64,000 nt of DNA from an uncultured Candidatus Saccharibacteria bacterium (GCA_964628585.1 CAZVMH010000002.1:33751-97750); one strand, 5' to 3'. Positions 47,699-56,718 are shown, numbered from the stretch's first letter. The notes: generated by a model not told the origin, from the letters alone. Numbers and translations: made by a program.

Positions 47699-49399
47699 AT
47701 GAAAGGTTTCAAAATGGGTTTTAAAGATTATGTAAAATCAAAGTTAAAATACCTTGTAGGTATTGCAACATGTGCGGCGATTGTTTCGCAGCTTGTTTTG
47801 CCTATTGTAGGCACAAAAGCTTCTACACCTCGCTTTAACTTTATGGCAGGTGATTATGAGATGTTAAAGGGTGCCAACGTATCAAACAATGAAACGGTCT
47901 GGAAAGACCCCGTTTCTGGAATAGCTGGTGACGAATTTCGTGCCCAAGTCTATTATCATAACGGAATGATTGATACTGTTGCGCAAAACACAAAAATTAA
48001 AGTGAATATCCCTTCAAAAACTACCAACAAAACTGCAAAAATTTCAGCTACTATTTCAGCTGATAATGCCGGTACGATTACTGACACAGTCGTTGATGGT
48101 AATGTTATCGGTCCAAATGGCCTAACTGCTAATTTTTCCGAAGATGTTGACTTGGAATACATCCCTGGTTCAACTAAATGGTTTCCAAATGCAACTCCAG
48201 TTGGAGGCGCTTCAACATTCTTCCCAAATGGTCAGTCTGGTGATGAAATTGTAAATACAAATGGTGTAAATATCGGTGACATTCAAGGTTGCTGGAATTA
48301 TGCTGGTTTTGTAATCTTTGGTTTCAAAGCAAAAAGAAACATTGTTCACACTCCGGCTTTAGAGTTAACAAAAGAAGTCTTAAATGTTTCAAAGAATGAA
48401 GTTTCTTTTCATGATCACTCTGTAGCTGATAATAAAGATGAGTTAATTTATCAGATTGTAATTCGAAATGGTGGTAACTCTGATCTTTCTAATCTGATAG
48501 TTTCTGATGTATTGCCAGCAGGAGTAAACTTCGTGCCTGGTTCAATGCAAAAGTTTCTTGACGGATCGACTACTCCAATTGCTCTTTCTGATGCCAATGC
48601 AAATGCTGTTTTTGGGCAAGGTTTCAATATCGGAACATTGGGAATGGTCTCAGCTGGTGGTCAAATAGTTCTTAGATTTAAAGCCACAGTTGATACTAAT
48701 GAAGCTATCTGCAAGGAAGCAATAAATAGAGCAATTGCTACTGGCGAAGGTCTAAGATCTGAAGATACAGCCATTGTTACAATTTGTGCACAAGAAAAGA
48801 TTGTAAAAAGTAAGTCTGCTTTTAATCAGACAAAAAATCAAGTTGCAACTGTTGCTAGCGCTGGCGACATAATTGAATACACTTTAACTACTAAAAATTC
48901 TGGAGATTTAGCTGTGAACTTTGTAGTCGAGGATGGTATTGCCGATGTTTTAGAGTATTCCGATATTGTATCTATCTCTGACAATGGTGTTATTGTTGCT
49001 GGAACAACTGGCAATGAAGCACAAATGGTACGATATCCAACTACTCATATCGAAATTGGTCAAACAGTAGTTCGCAAATTTGTCGTAAAAGTAAAAAATC
49101 CACTCCCAACCTATGCTCCAAGTGGATATCACTACGACGACAGAATGTACAATTTTTATGGCAATGAAGTCTTAATAAAGATTGAACGCGAAACTATCAA
49201 GCCAACACCTTCTCCAACTCCAGCTCCAAAGCCTGTAACTCCTTCAACTCCAGCAAAACAACTTCCTGTGACTGGTTCTGCGACTGGTGCTAGTTTCATT
49301 ATAACTTTCATGGCGGGACTAGGTTTAACCTATCTTCGTTACAGAAAACTATACGATCCATCAACTGGATTAATAATTTCTGATCTATTGGCTAAATAA
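47699..49399 (+). CDS. DUF11-repeat cell-surface protein with LPxTG sorting signal
   Basis: LIYQIVIRNGG..VSDVLPAGV..VPGS; GDIIEYTL; LPVTG + TM + RYRK. Confidence 0.8.
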   Translation: MKGFKMGFKDYVKSKLKYLVGIATCAAIVSQLVLPIVGTKASTPRFNFMAGDYEMLKGANVSNNETVWKDPVSGIAGDEFRAQVYYHNGMIDTVAQNTKIKVNIPSKTTNKTAKISATISADNAGTITDTVVDGNVIGPNGLTANFSEDVDLEYIPGSTKWFPNATPVGGASTFFPNGQSGDEIVNTNGVNIGDIQGCWNYAGFVIFGFKAKRNIVHTPALELTKEVLNVSKNEVSFHDHSVADNKDELIYQIVIRNGGNSDLSNLIVSDVLPAGVNFVPGSMQKFLDGSTTPIALSDANANAVFGQGFNIGTLGMVSAGGQIVLRFKATVDTNEAICKEAINRAIATGEGLRSEDTAIVTICAQEKIVKSKSAFNQTKNQVATVASAGDIIEYTLTTKNSGDLAVNFVVEDGIADVLEYSDIVSISDNGVIVAGTTGNEAQMVRYPTTHIEIGQTVVRKFVVKVKNPLPTYAPSGYHYDDRMYNFYGNEVLIKIERETIKPTPSPTPAPKPVTPSTPAKQLPVTGSATGASFIITFMAGLGLTYLRYRKLYDPSTGLIISDLLAK

Positions 49400-49405
49400 C
49401 CAATC

Positions 49406-49443
49406 AAAAATCGTCCGACCAAATACTGGTTCGGGCGATTTTT
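49406..49443 (+). terminator. Intrinsic terminator
   Basis: AAAAATCGTCCGA...TCGGGCGATTTTT. Confidence 0.7.
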
Positions 49444-49479
49444 GTTTTTATAGAGCGAATTTTTTGCTATTATGGTGTT

Positions 49480-50493
49480 ATGAGTGTATTGTCTCGTCTG
49501 GAAGAGTTGAAAGCGCTTCTAAAAATTGAAGAAAAAAACAAGAAAATAAAAGAACTCGAAGCAGAAATGCGAGAGCCATCGTTTTGGTTGTCAGAAGAAA
49601 ATTCGCAGGGTAAGTCGAAAGAACTTAAAAGATTAAAAGACGAAGTTAAAAACTTTAACGAAACATATGAGCTAGCACAGATAGCTAGCGATGAAGAAGC
49701 GAAAAGTTTGGAAGGTGAATTAGACAAACTAGAAATTATTGCATTATTTTCAGGAAAATATGATAGTAATGATGCAATTTTAAATTTTTATGCTGGAGCT
49801 GGTGGTGTAGATGCGCAGGATTGGACTGAGATGCTATTAAAAATGTATTTAGGCTGGGCTGAAAAAAATGAGATGGGGGCAAAGATATTGTCACAAACTC
49901 CCGGGGGAGAAGCAGGAATTAAAAGTGCTACAATTGAAATTTCTGGTTCATATGCGTATGGAAAATTGAAGGGCGAAGACGGTGTACATCGGTTGGTGCG
50001 ACAGTCACCTTTTAATGCTAAAAATTTACGTCAAACTTCTTTCTCTTTAGTAGAAGTCTTACCAGAAGTTGAAACAGAAACAGAAGTTTTAATCGATCCA
50101 AAAGAAATAAAAATAGATACTTTTAGAGCGGGCGGGCATGGTGGACAATCTGTTAACACTACTGATTCGGCTGTTCGAATCACTCACCTTTCAACAGGAG
50201 TTGTAGCTTCTTGTCAAAACGAAAGAAGTCAATTGCAGAATAAAGAGAATGCGATGAGAGTTTTACGATCTCGCTTAGCACAGTTATTAGAGAAACAACA
50301 CAAAGAAAAAGTCAGTGAAATAAAAGGCGACCATTCATCTCCGGAGTGGGGCAACCAAATTCGTTCCTATGTTTTACATCCATACAAAATGGTAAAAGAT
50401 CATAGAACAGAAGAAGAATCAAAGGACCCCGATAAGGTTTTGGCAGGAGAAATTGATAAATTTATTGAGGCAGAACTTAAACAAATTAGTTAA
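49480..50493 (+). CDS. prfB: Peptide chain release factor 2 (no programmed frameshift)
   Basis: SPF recognition motif, GGQ, WGNQIRSYV; continuous ORF. Confidence 0.95.
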   Translation: MSVLSRLEELKALLKIEEKNKKIKELEAEMREPSFWLSEENSQGKSKELKRLKDEVKNFNETYELAQIASDEEAKSLEGELDKLEIIALFSGKYDSNDAILNFYAGAGGVDAQDWTEMLLKMYLGWAEKNEMGAKILSQTPGGEAGIKSATIEISGSYAYGKLKGEDGVHRLVRQSPFNAKNLRQTSFSLVEVLPEVETETEVLIDPKEIKIDTFRAGGHGGQSVNTTDSAVRITHLSTGVVASCQNERSQLQNKENAMRVLRSRLAQLLEKQHKEKVSEIKGDHSSPEWGNQIRSYVLHPYKMVKDHRTEEESKDPDKVLAGEIDKFIEAELKQIS

Positions 50494-50505
50494 CACTAAA
50501 ATGAT

Positions 50506-51246
50506 ATGCATTGGATCTTAAATAAAATTGGATCATTTCAATTTTCAAATATTGAAATCTCACCCTCAGTTGGTAAGTTTTTAATTTTAATTTTTGCAGT
50601 AGTTGTAATGTCTTTTTTAATAAATATGTTACTGTCTCAAACTATTCTAGGAATAGGATACCGTATTTTTGTAGCGCCAGGCATAATATTGCATGAGCTT
50701 TCTCATGCCCTTCTTTGCCTTTTAACAGGAGCCAAAATATCAAAAATATCGTTTTTTGATAGAGACGGTGGCGAAGTGAAACATTCAGCATCGAGTATTC
50801 CGATTGTTGGCCAGGTTCTAATATCTATTGCACCTTTCTTTTTTGGAGCAATGGCAATCTATTTTTGTTCAAGAAAACTTGGTATTTCAGGCATTGACCT
50901 AGGAGCAATCGACGTATCAAAAGTGGGTTTTTTACATTATTTTACTCAGACAATATCGAACTTAAAATTAGATGATTACAAAACATATATAATTCTATAT
51001 TTGGTAATTTCAATTGCAGTTACAATGACACCAAGTTGGCAGGACTTAAGAAATATATTTTTGTCTGCAATTTTAATATTGATTATTTCATACTTTCTCA
51101 TACACTATAAGGTTTTATATCTTTCTTCAATTGTTGTACCACAAACAGTTTTCACATTATTTTCTGTGATATTATTTTTATTGATTTTAGCGTTCATTTT
51201 CAGTATTATAATGTTTGTATTAAGTAAATTAATAAAACCGAATTAA
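50506..51246 (+). CDS. Membrane metalloprotease-like protein (M50 family)
   Basis: PGIILHELSH (HExxH), SIAP, PSWQD; multiple TM. Confidence 0.75.
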   Translation: MHWILNKIGSFQFSNIEISPSVGKFLILIFAVVVMSFLINMLLSQTILGIGYRIFVAPGIILHELSHALLCLLTGAKISKISFFDRDGGEVKHSASSIPIVGQVLISIAPFFFGAMAIYFCSRKLGISGIDLGAIDVSKVGFLHYFTQTISNLKLDDYKTYIILYLVISIAVTMTPSWQDLRNIFLSAILILIISYFLIHYKVLYLSSIVVPQTVFTLFSVILFLLILAFIFSIIMFVLSKLIKPN

Positions 51247-51259
51247 GAATGGAGTAGTA

Positions 51260-51565
51260 ATGGTTGATTTTTCAAAAGCAAGAGAACTTTATGACCTACA
51301 AAAGAAAGCGAGAAAATTACAAAAAGAACTAAAAGATACAGAAATAGAAGCAAGAAGTTCTAACGGTTGGGTCACGGTAGTTTTTAATGGCGAACAGCAT
51401 ATGACAGAAATTAACATTGAAGAAGAAGCGTTGTCTATAGAAAACAAGAGAGAACTAGAAAAAGACATAAAAAATACCGTTTCCCAAGCAATTGCTAGAG
51501 CTCAAGCCTATGCAGCCGAAAAAATGAAAGAAATTACAGGGAACCTGAACATTCCTGGCTTATAA
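51260..51565 (+). CDS. ybaB: YbaB/EbfC nucleoid-associated protein
   Basis: LQK.L...EIEA...GWVTV..NG; C-terminal NIPGL. Confidence 0.88.
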   Translation: MVDFSKARELYDLQKKARKLQKELKDTEIEARSSNGWVTVVFNGEQHMTEINIEEEALSIENKRELEKDIKNTVSQAIARAQAYAAEKMKEITGNLNIPGL

Positions 51566-51577
51566 TAATTTTATAAT

Positions 51578-52189
51578 ATGAAAATAATTGTGGGATTAGG
51601 AAATCCAGGTGAGGAATATAAAAATACACGACACAATGCCGGATATTTATTTATTGACGCCCTGGTTCAGAATAGAGACCTTGCTCCTGCTGATCAAGAG
51701 ATAGAATTGAAATTTGATAAAAAATTTAATTCTTTAACTTCTAAAGTCCGGCATAAAGGTGAAGATATTGTTTTTATGAAGCCAGAAACCTTTATGAATA
51801 ATTCAGGGAAAGCAGTTCAATCGATATTAAATTTTTATAAAGTTGAGCCTAAAGATTTAATTGTTATTTTAGATGATATAGATTTACCGATCGGGATAAT
51901 CAGAGTTAGAAATGAGGGCGGGAGTGCAGGACAAAAGGGTCTACAAGACATCATTGATTGTATTGGAACTGATAAATTTGTCAGATTTCGAATTGGTATA
52001 TCTAGTGACGGGGAGCGAAAAAATATCGAAGAAACAGCCGAATACGTGCTAAATCAATTTTCAAAAAGAGAGAAACCAATACTTATTAACTCCATTAAGC
52101 TAGCAATCGAATATCTATTAACATATTTGGGGCAAAAGGAAGAAATTCCTTCGCATACTTTAGAGGTTGAATTTGATCCACAAAAGTAA
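51578..52189 (+). CDS. pth: Peptidyl-tRNA hydrolase
   Basis: IIVGLGNPG..Y..TRHNAG, KPETFMNNSG, RFRIGI. Confidence 0.95.
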   Translation: MKIIVGLGNPGEEYKNTRHNAGYLFIDALVQNRDLAPADQEIELKFDKKFNSLTSKVRHKGEDIVFMKPETFMNNSGKAVQSILNFYKVEPKDLIVILDDIDLPIGIIRVRNEGGSAGQKGLQDIIDCIGTDKFVRFRIGISSDGERKNIEETAEYVLNQFSKREKPILINSIKLAIEYLLTYLGQKEEIPSHTLEVEFDPQK

Positions 52190-52205
52190 TTTACTAGGAG
52201 GACAA

Positions 52206-52877
52206 ATGAAAAAAGGATTTTCTATTGTTGAGTTAATGATAGTCGTAGCAATTATTGGGATTTTGGCAACAATTTCTGGGATAACCTATGCGCGTTCAAA
52301 AATGAGAACCAGAGATGCAAAAAGAATTGCTGATATTAATTCAATCTCTCAAGCACTTTTTATATATAAAGAAAAAAATAATAGTTTTCCTATGTCTGAG
52401 ACAACTCCTCTCAAGACATGTTCCGTATATTATCAGGATTTTAGTAAAACCTTATGGTGGGAACACGGTCAGGAATCTGATAGCTTTCTTTCTGAATTGT
52501 CTGGTCAAGAAATGGAAACTGTTCCAACGGAAACTAAACCGATTCAAGACAAAGATATAAAAGCTATTTTGGGTCAAGATGTAACTTGCACCTATCGCTA
52601 TCTCAATTCAGTCGATTCTTCGGTAGAATTTAGTAGTAAGGGAAGATGTAGTACTAATTACGCTGTTTTGAGTGCATCGTTGGAAATTCAAAGGAAAGTT
52701 GAAACTGAGGATCAAAGACCAAGATGTTTAAGTGGGACAATTTCGTCTCCGGGAATGATTGACGGCGTTTCTCCTCTAAATAAAGATTACGCAGTCCTTA
52801 GCTCTGAAAGCTCAGGAGGAGGGGTATCAACCATAGATGTGGGGTTCAGCTATGCCAAATATCTGCCGACAAATTGA
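52206..52877 (+). CDS. Orphan type IV pilin
   Basis: MKKG|FSIVELMIVV, RDAKRIADI; GGAGG RBS. Confidence 0.88.
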   Translation: MKKGFSIVELMIVVAIIGILATISGITYARSKMRTRDAKRIADINSISQALFIYKEKNNSFPMSETTPLKTCSVYYQDFSKTLWWEHGQESDSFLSELSGQEMETVPTETKPIQDKDIKAILGQDVTCTYRYLNSVDSSVEFSSKGRCSTNYAVLSASLEIQRKVETEDQRPRCLSGTISSPGMIDGVSPLNKDYAVLSSESSGGGVSTIDVGFSYAKYLPTN

Positions 52878-53010
52878 TTAATCATAAATAGTATGATATA
52901 TACAAGTAGTCAGTAAAACAGCAAAACAATAATAATTGTTAACATCAACTGACAACCTGCCCATACGGCAGGCGGTCTTACAACCCATAAACTTATAACT
53001 TACTAATAAT

Positions 53011-53054
53011 GTGGGACCCAGCCCTTTTACTAAAAGAGCTGGGGTTTGGACCAC
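53011..53054 (+). promoter_or_regulatory. Putative L1-binding autoregulatory leader
   Basis: GTGGGA..hairpin CCCAGC/GCTGGG..GGACCAC upstream of the rplA RBS; resembles the L1 mRNA site. Confidence 0.55.
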
Positions 53055-53098
53055 TAACCCTTCGAATCGCCTTTCGCGACTCAGGGTAAAGGAGAACA

Positions 53099-53887
53099 GT
53101 GTCAAAAAAAGTTGCGGATATGTCTTCAGAAAATGAAGAAATTATCGACGAGAAAAAACTGCTTAGGGAAGCAGAGGAAAGAGAAAAAGAAAGAAAAGCT
53201 GAAGAAAAGATTGCAAAAGAAGAGGCAAAAGAGGAAGAAAAAAAAGAAAAAAAAGAAAAGGTTGCAGAAGAGATTAAAAAACGAAAGCCTCAACATGGTA
53301 AGAAATATCGTGAACTGCTAAAACAAATTGATAAAGATAAAGAATATCCAATTTCTGAGGCAATTGATTTAACTTTAAAAATTTCTCCAGCAAAATTCGA
53401 CGCGACAGTTGAATTCCATGCTAAGCTATCAAAAAAAGAAAAGAATATTCGCGGAATGGTAACTTTGCCGGGAGGTCTTGCCAAAGAAAAAAGAATTCTA
53501 GAAATTACTTCTAAAAATGTCGAAGATTCTATTATAAAGATTAAGGCTGGAAAAGCTGAATTTGATCTAATCATTGCAGACATTAAGTTAATGCCACAAC
53601 TTGCTGTTTTGGCAAAGGTTTTGGGACCAAAGGGATTAATGCCTTCACCAAAAGCAGGAACAGCCGTTGAAGACGTTGCAAAGGCAGTAGCGGAGATGAA
53701 GGGCGGTAAAGTGGAATATAGAGCCGACAAAGACAACAATGTCCATTTAGCTCTTGGCAAAGTTTCCTTTGGATCAGAGAAAATTTATCAAAACTATGAA
53801 GCTATAGTTCATGCATTGCCAAAGAAACTTGAATCTATTCATTTGACAACAACAATGGGTCCAAGCGTCAAGGTTATCAAAAAGTAA
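53099..53887 (+). CDS. rplA: 50S ribosomal protein L1 with charged N-terminal extension
   Basis: AKFDATVE, LGPKGLMPSPK.GT, TTTMGPS. Confidence 0.95.
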   Translation: MSKKVADMSSENEEIIDEKKLLREAEEREKERKAEEKIAKEEAKEEEKKEKKEKVAEEIKKRKPQHGKKYRELLKQIDKDKEYPISEAIDLTLKISPAKFDATVEFHAKLSKKEKNIRGMVTLPGGLAKEKRILEITSKNVEDSIIKIKAGKAEFDLIIADIKLMPQLAVLAKVLGPKGLMPSPKAGTAVEDVAKAVAEMKGGKVEYRADKDNNVHLALGKVSFGSEKIYQNYEAIVHALPKKLESIHLTTTMGPSVKVIKK

Positions 53888-53943
53888 TATCAAATTTTTA
53901 TAAACTGTTGACTAAAGGGGAATATTTTGATATATTTGATACA

Positions 53944-54056
53944 TCCGCAGACAGTAGGTGCCCTAAAAGGCTTAATTACCTGCCGAGGAAAAAACTAGAA
54001 TCATGAATATGTAATCATTATTTTAGATTTAATCTGCGGAAAGGCAGATTTTTTTT
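53944..54056 (+). promoter_or_regulatory. L10 leader with attenuator
   Basis: CCGCAGACAGTAGGTG...TTAA..CCTGCCGAGG core; TCCGCAGA can pair with TCTGCGGA in the terminator 54031-54056. Confidence 0.8.
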
Positions 54057-54083
54057 AATTCATTATTGAGAAATTGGAGCCAA

Positions 54084-54602
54084 ATGGCAAAGACAAAAAT
54101 ACAGAAACAGGAAATTTTAAATCAATTAGATTCAAAAATTGCCAATATGAAATCGGCTGTTATTGTTGAATATAAAGGTTTAAAGGTAAAAGATATTGAG
54201 GCATTGCGAAAAAATCTTTTGAAACAAAACATCTCATTTAATGTTTCAAAAAACACTTTAACCAGAATTGCGTTAAAGAAAAACGGTATCGAATTTGATG
54301 AAGGCGTTTTTGCAAAACCAGTTGCGGTTGCATTTGCGCAAGACGATGAAGTCGCTCCAGCAAAAGATATTGTTCTGTTCGCTAAAAGTAACGAAGCAAT
54401 CAATATCTTAGGCGGAATTTTAGAGAAAAAGTTTATCGATGAGTCAATGATTCGAAAACTTGCTTCTCTTCCATCCAAAGACGAATTGCGTGGTAAATTG
54501 GTCGGAGTACTTTCTGCTCCAATCTCTGGCACAATTAATGCCATTGGCGGAAATTTAAGAAGTTTGATAAGTATATTAAATCAAGTTGGTGAAAAAAAGT
54601 AA
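54084..54602 (+). CDS. rplJ: 50S ribosomal protein L10
   Basis: YKGLKV, VSKNTL, LASLPS. Confidence 0.95.
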   Translation: MAKTKIQKQEILNQLDSKIANMKSAVIVEYKGLKVKDIEALRKNLLKQNISFNVSKNTLTRIALKKNGIEFDEGVFAKPVAVAFAQDDEVAPAKDIVLFAKSNEAINILGGILEKKFIDESMIRKLASLPSKDELRGKLVGVLSAPISGTINAIGGNLRSLISILNQVGEKK

Positions 54603-54622
54603 TTAATAAATAAGGAATCAAA

Positions 54623-55255
54623 ATGGCAGACGAAGAAAAAAAAGCGGTGGATACCGTCCTGAGCGAAGTCGAAGGATCTGGAGAAGCAGTAGCCGAAGTT
54701 GAAGACCCAAAGGGTCCCCTTCGGGGCTTCGATGAGGAAGCTAAAGTCGAAGAAGCTCCTAAAGTAGAAGAGGCTCCAAAAGCAGAGGGAAAGAAAGCTC
54801 CGACGCCTCAACCAGAGGTTGAGGGTACGGAGTCCCGACCTGAAAGCGTCGGGAAAGAGAAAAAAGACGTTCCAGCTAAATTTAAAGATTTAGTTGCTGA
54901 AATCGACAAGATGAGCGTTTTGGATCTTTCTGAATTCGTAAAAGTTTTGGAAGATCACTATGGTGTAACGGCTGCTGCTCCTCAAGCAATGGCAATGGGC
55001 GCTGCTCCAGCTGCTGGTGAAGCAGAGGCTGCTGAAGAGAAATCAGCTTTCGATGTAATCTTGGCAAATGCTGGTGCACAAAAAATCGCTGTAATTAAAG
55101 CTGTGCGAGAGATTAAACCAGATCTTGGTTTGAAGGAAGCAAAAGATTTAGTTGATGCTGCTCCAAAAGAACTTCTAAAAGGTGCTAAGAAAGAAGATGC
55201 AGATGCTGCAAAAGCTAAGTTAGAGGCCGCAGGCGCTACAGTAGAAATGAAATAA
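54623..55255 (+). CDS. rplL: 50S ribosomal protein L7/L12 with about 80-aa N-terminal extension
   Basis: [36 protein letters not shown]. Confidence 0.95.
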   Translation: MADEEKKAVDTVLSEVEGSGEAVAEVEDPKGPLRGFDEEAKVEEAPKVEEAPKAEGKKAPTPQPEVEGTESRPESVGKEKKDVPAKFKDLVAEIDKMSVLDLSEFVKVLEDHYGVTAAAPQAMAMGAAPAAGEAEAAEEKSAFDVILANAGAQKIAVIKAVREIKPDLGLKEAKDLVDAAPKELLKGAKKEDADAAKAKLEAAGATVEMK

Positions 55256-55339
55256 GTCCCGATGTGGCGTAGCCAATCGGGATCCCGATAATCCACAGGG
55301 TTCATCGGGACTGCTGGTGCTACTGTTGAAATGAAGTAA
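55229..55339 (+). repeat. Synonymously recoded duplicate of the rplL last 9 codons around a palindromic element
   Basis: 55229-55255 and 55313-55339 both encode AGATVEMK*; between them AGTCCCGAT...ATCGGGACT. Confidence 0.9.
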
Positions 55340-55525
55340 TTACGCAAGCATACCCGTCCGCCATGTAAGCCCACAAGGCATTACGGGCAGGCAGATATCA
55401 GATAACAGAATACAGTTACAAAAAGAGAACCATTCCAGTCAAATAACAGTACGATTTGACGGGACACGGGCTCTTTTTTGTTTATCAGGGTTTAATTTTA
55501 CATAAATTTAGGGTATAATATTGCA

Positions 55526-56632
55526 TTGATGTTTAAACTAATTAAAAAATCAAAATCAGGTGTACGGATCGGAGAACTTGCAACTGCTCATGGAAAAATT
55601 GAGACGCCTTTTTTTATGCCAGTAGGAACACAAGGGAGCGTAAAGGGGATTTCACCTGATGAATTAAATCAAATTGGTGCACAAATCATACTTTGTAATA
55701 CATATCATTTATACCTTCGTCCAGGTGATAAAGTTATCAAAAAACTTGGCGGGTTACATAAATTTATTGGTTGGGGAAAGCCGATCCTTACTGATTCTGG
55801 TGGTTATCAAGTTTTTTCACTTGGAGAAAAAACGGCACAGAAATCCAAAGAATCTTTAGTAAAAATTACCGAAGAGGGTGTTGAATTTAAGTCTCATCTG
55901 GATGGATCTAAACATCTTTTAACTCCAGAGAAGGTGATTCAAATACAATTAGACTTGGGCATAGATATTCTGATGCCTCTTGATGTTTGCCCAAGCGGAA
56001 AAGCTACTAAATATGAAATAAAAAATGCATGTGATCTTACTCTAAGATGGGCAAAACGATCGAAAGAATATTTTGATGCACAAACAAAAAAAATCAAAAA
56101 CGAGAAACGACCATTGCTTCACGGCATTGTTCAGGGTGGTCTTTATGAAGATTTGCGCAAAGAGCATGCCAGTGAAATGATCAAACTTAATTTTGACGGT
56201 TATTCGGTCGGTGGACTGGCGGTTGACCATGAAACACGAGATATGTGGAAAACGGTGAAATTAATGGGGCAAATTTTGCCGGAGGATAAACAGCGATATC
56301 TTATGGGCGTAGGAACCCCGAACGACATTATTAAAGCAACTAAGCTGGGAATGGACATGTTTGATTGTGTCTTGCCAACTCGTTTAGCTAGACATGGTTC
56401 TGTATACATAAAGAACAAATCAAAATATAAATTAATTAATCTATTAAATTCTAAATATCGAGAAGATGAGGAAGCAATCGAAAAAGGTTGTAGCTGTTAT
56501 GCATGTAAAAATAATTATTCGAGAGCGTATATTGGTCATTTAATACGGTCAAGCGAGATATTTGGACTTCGTTTGGCTACTTTACACAACTTGCAAACAT
56601 ATATTAATCTCTTAAAAAAAATTAGAAATTAA
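55526..56632 (+). CDS. tgt: tRNA-guanine transglycosylase
   Basis: FMPVGT, LTDSGGYQ, GIVQGG, YLMGVG, FDCVLPTR, CxCxxC. Confidence 0.96.
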   Translation: MMFKLIKKSKSGVRIGELATAHGKIETPFFMPVGTQGSVKGISPDELNQIGAQIILCNTYHLYLRPGDKVIKKLGGLHKFIGWGKPILTDSGGYQVFSLGEKTAQKSKESLVKITEEGVEFKSHLDGSKHLLTPEKVIQIQLDLGIDILMPLDVCPSGKATKYEIKNACDLTLRWAKRSKEYFDAQTKKIKNEKRPLLHGIVQGGLYEDLRKEHASEMIKLNFDGYSVGGLAVDHETRDMWKTVKLMGQILPEDKQRYLMGVGTPNDIIKATKLGMDMFDCVLPTRLARHGSVYIKNKSKYKLINLLNSKYREDEEAIEKGCSCYACKNNYSRAYIGHLIRSSEIFGLRLATLHNLQTYINLLKKIRN

Positions 56633-56718
56633 TTTATTTGACAACATATTTAGATATGTTGGATAATATAAATGTCAATATTTACTAATTTTTGTTTTGT
56701 TATTCTTTGGAGGGTTAT

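Noticed and set aside
49480-49540. prfB programmed +1 frameshift
   Set aside because: No CTT-TGA site; the ORF is continuous.
55253-55339. Stop-codon readthrough joining the two rplL tails
   Set aside because: The copies are in frame, but a second in-frame TAA lies within the insert.
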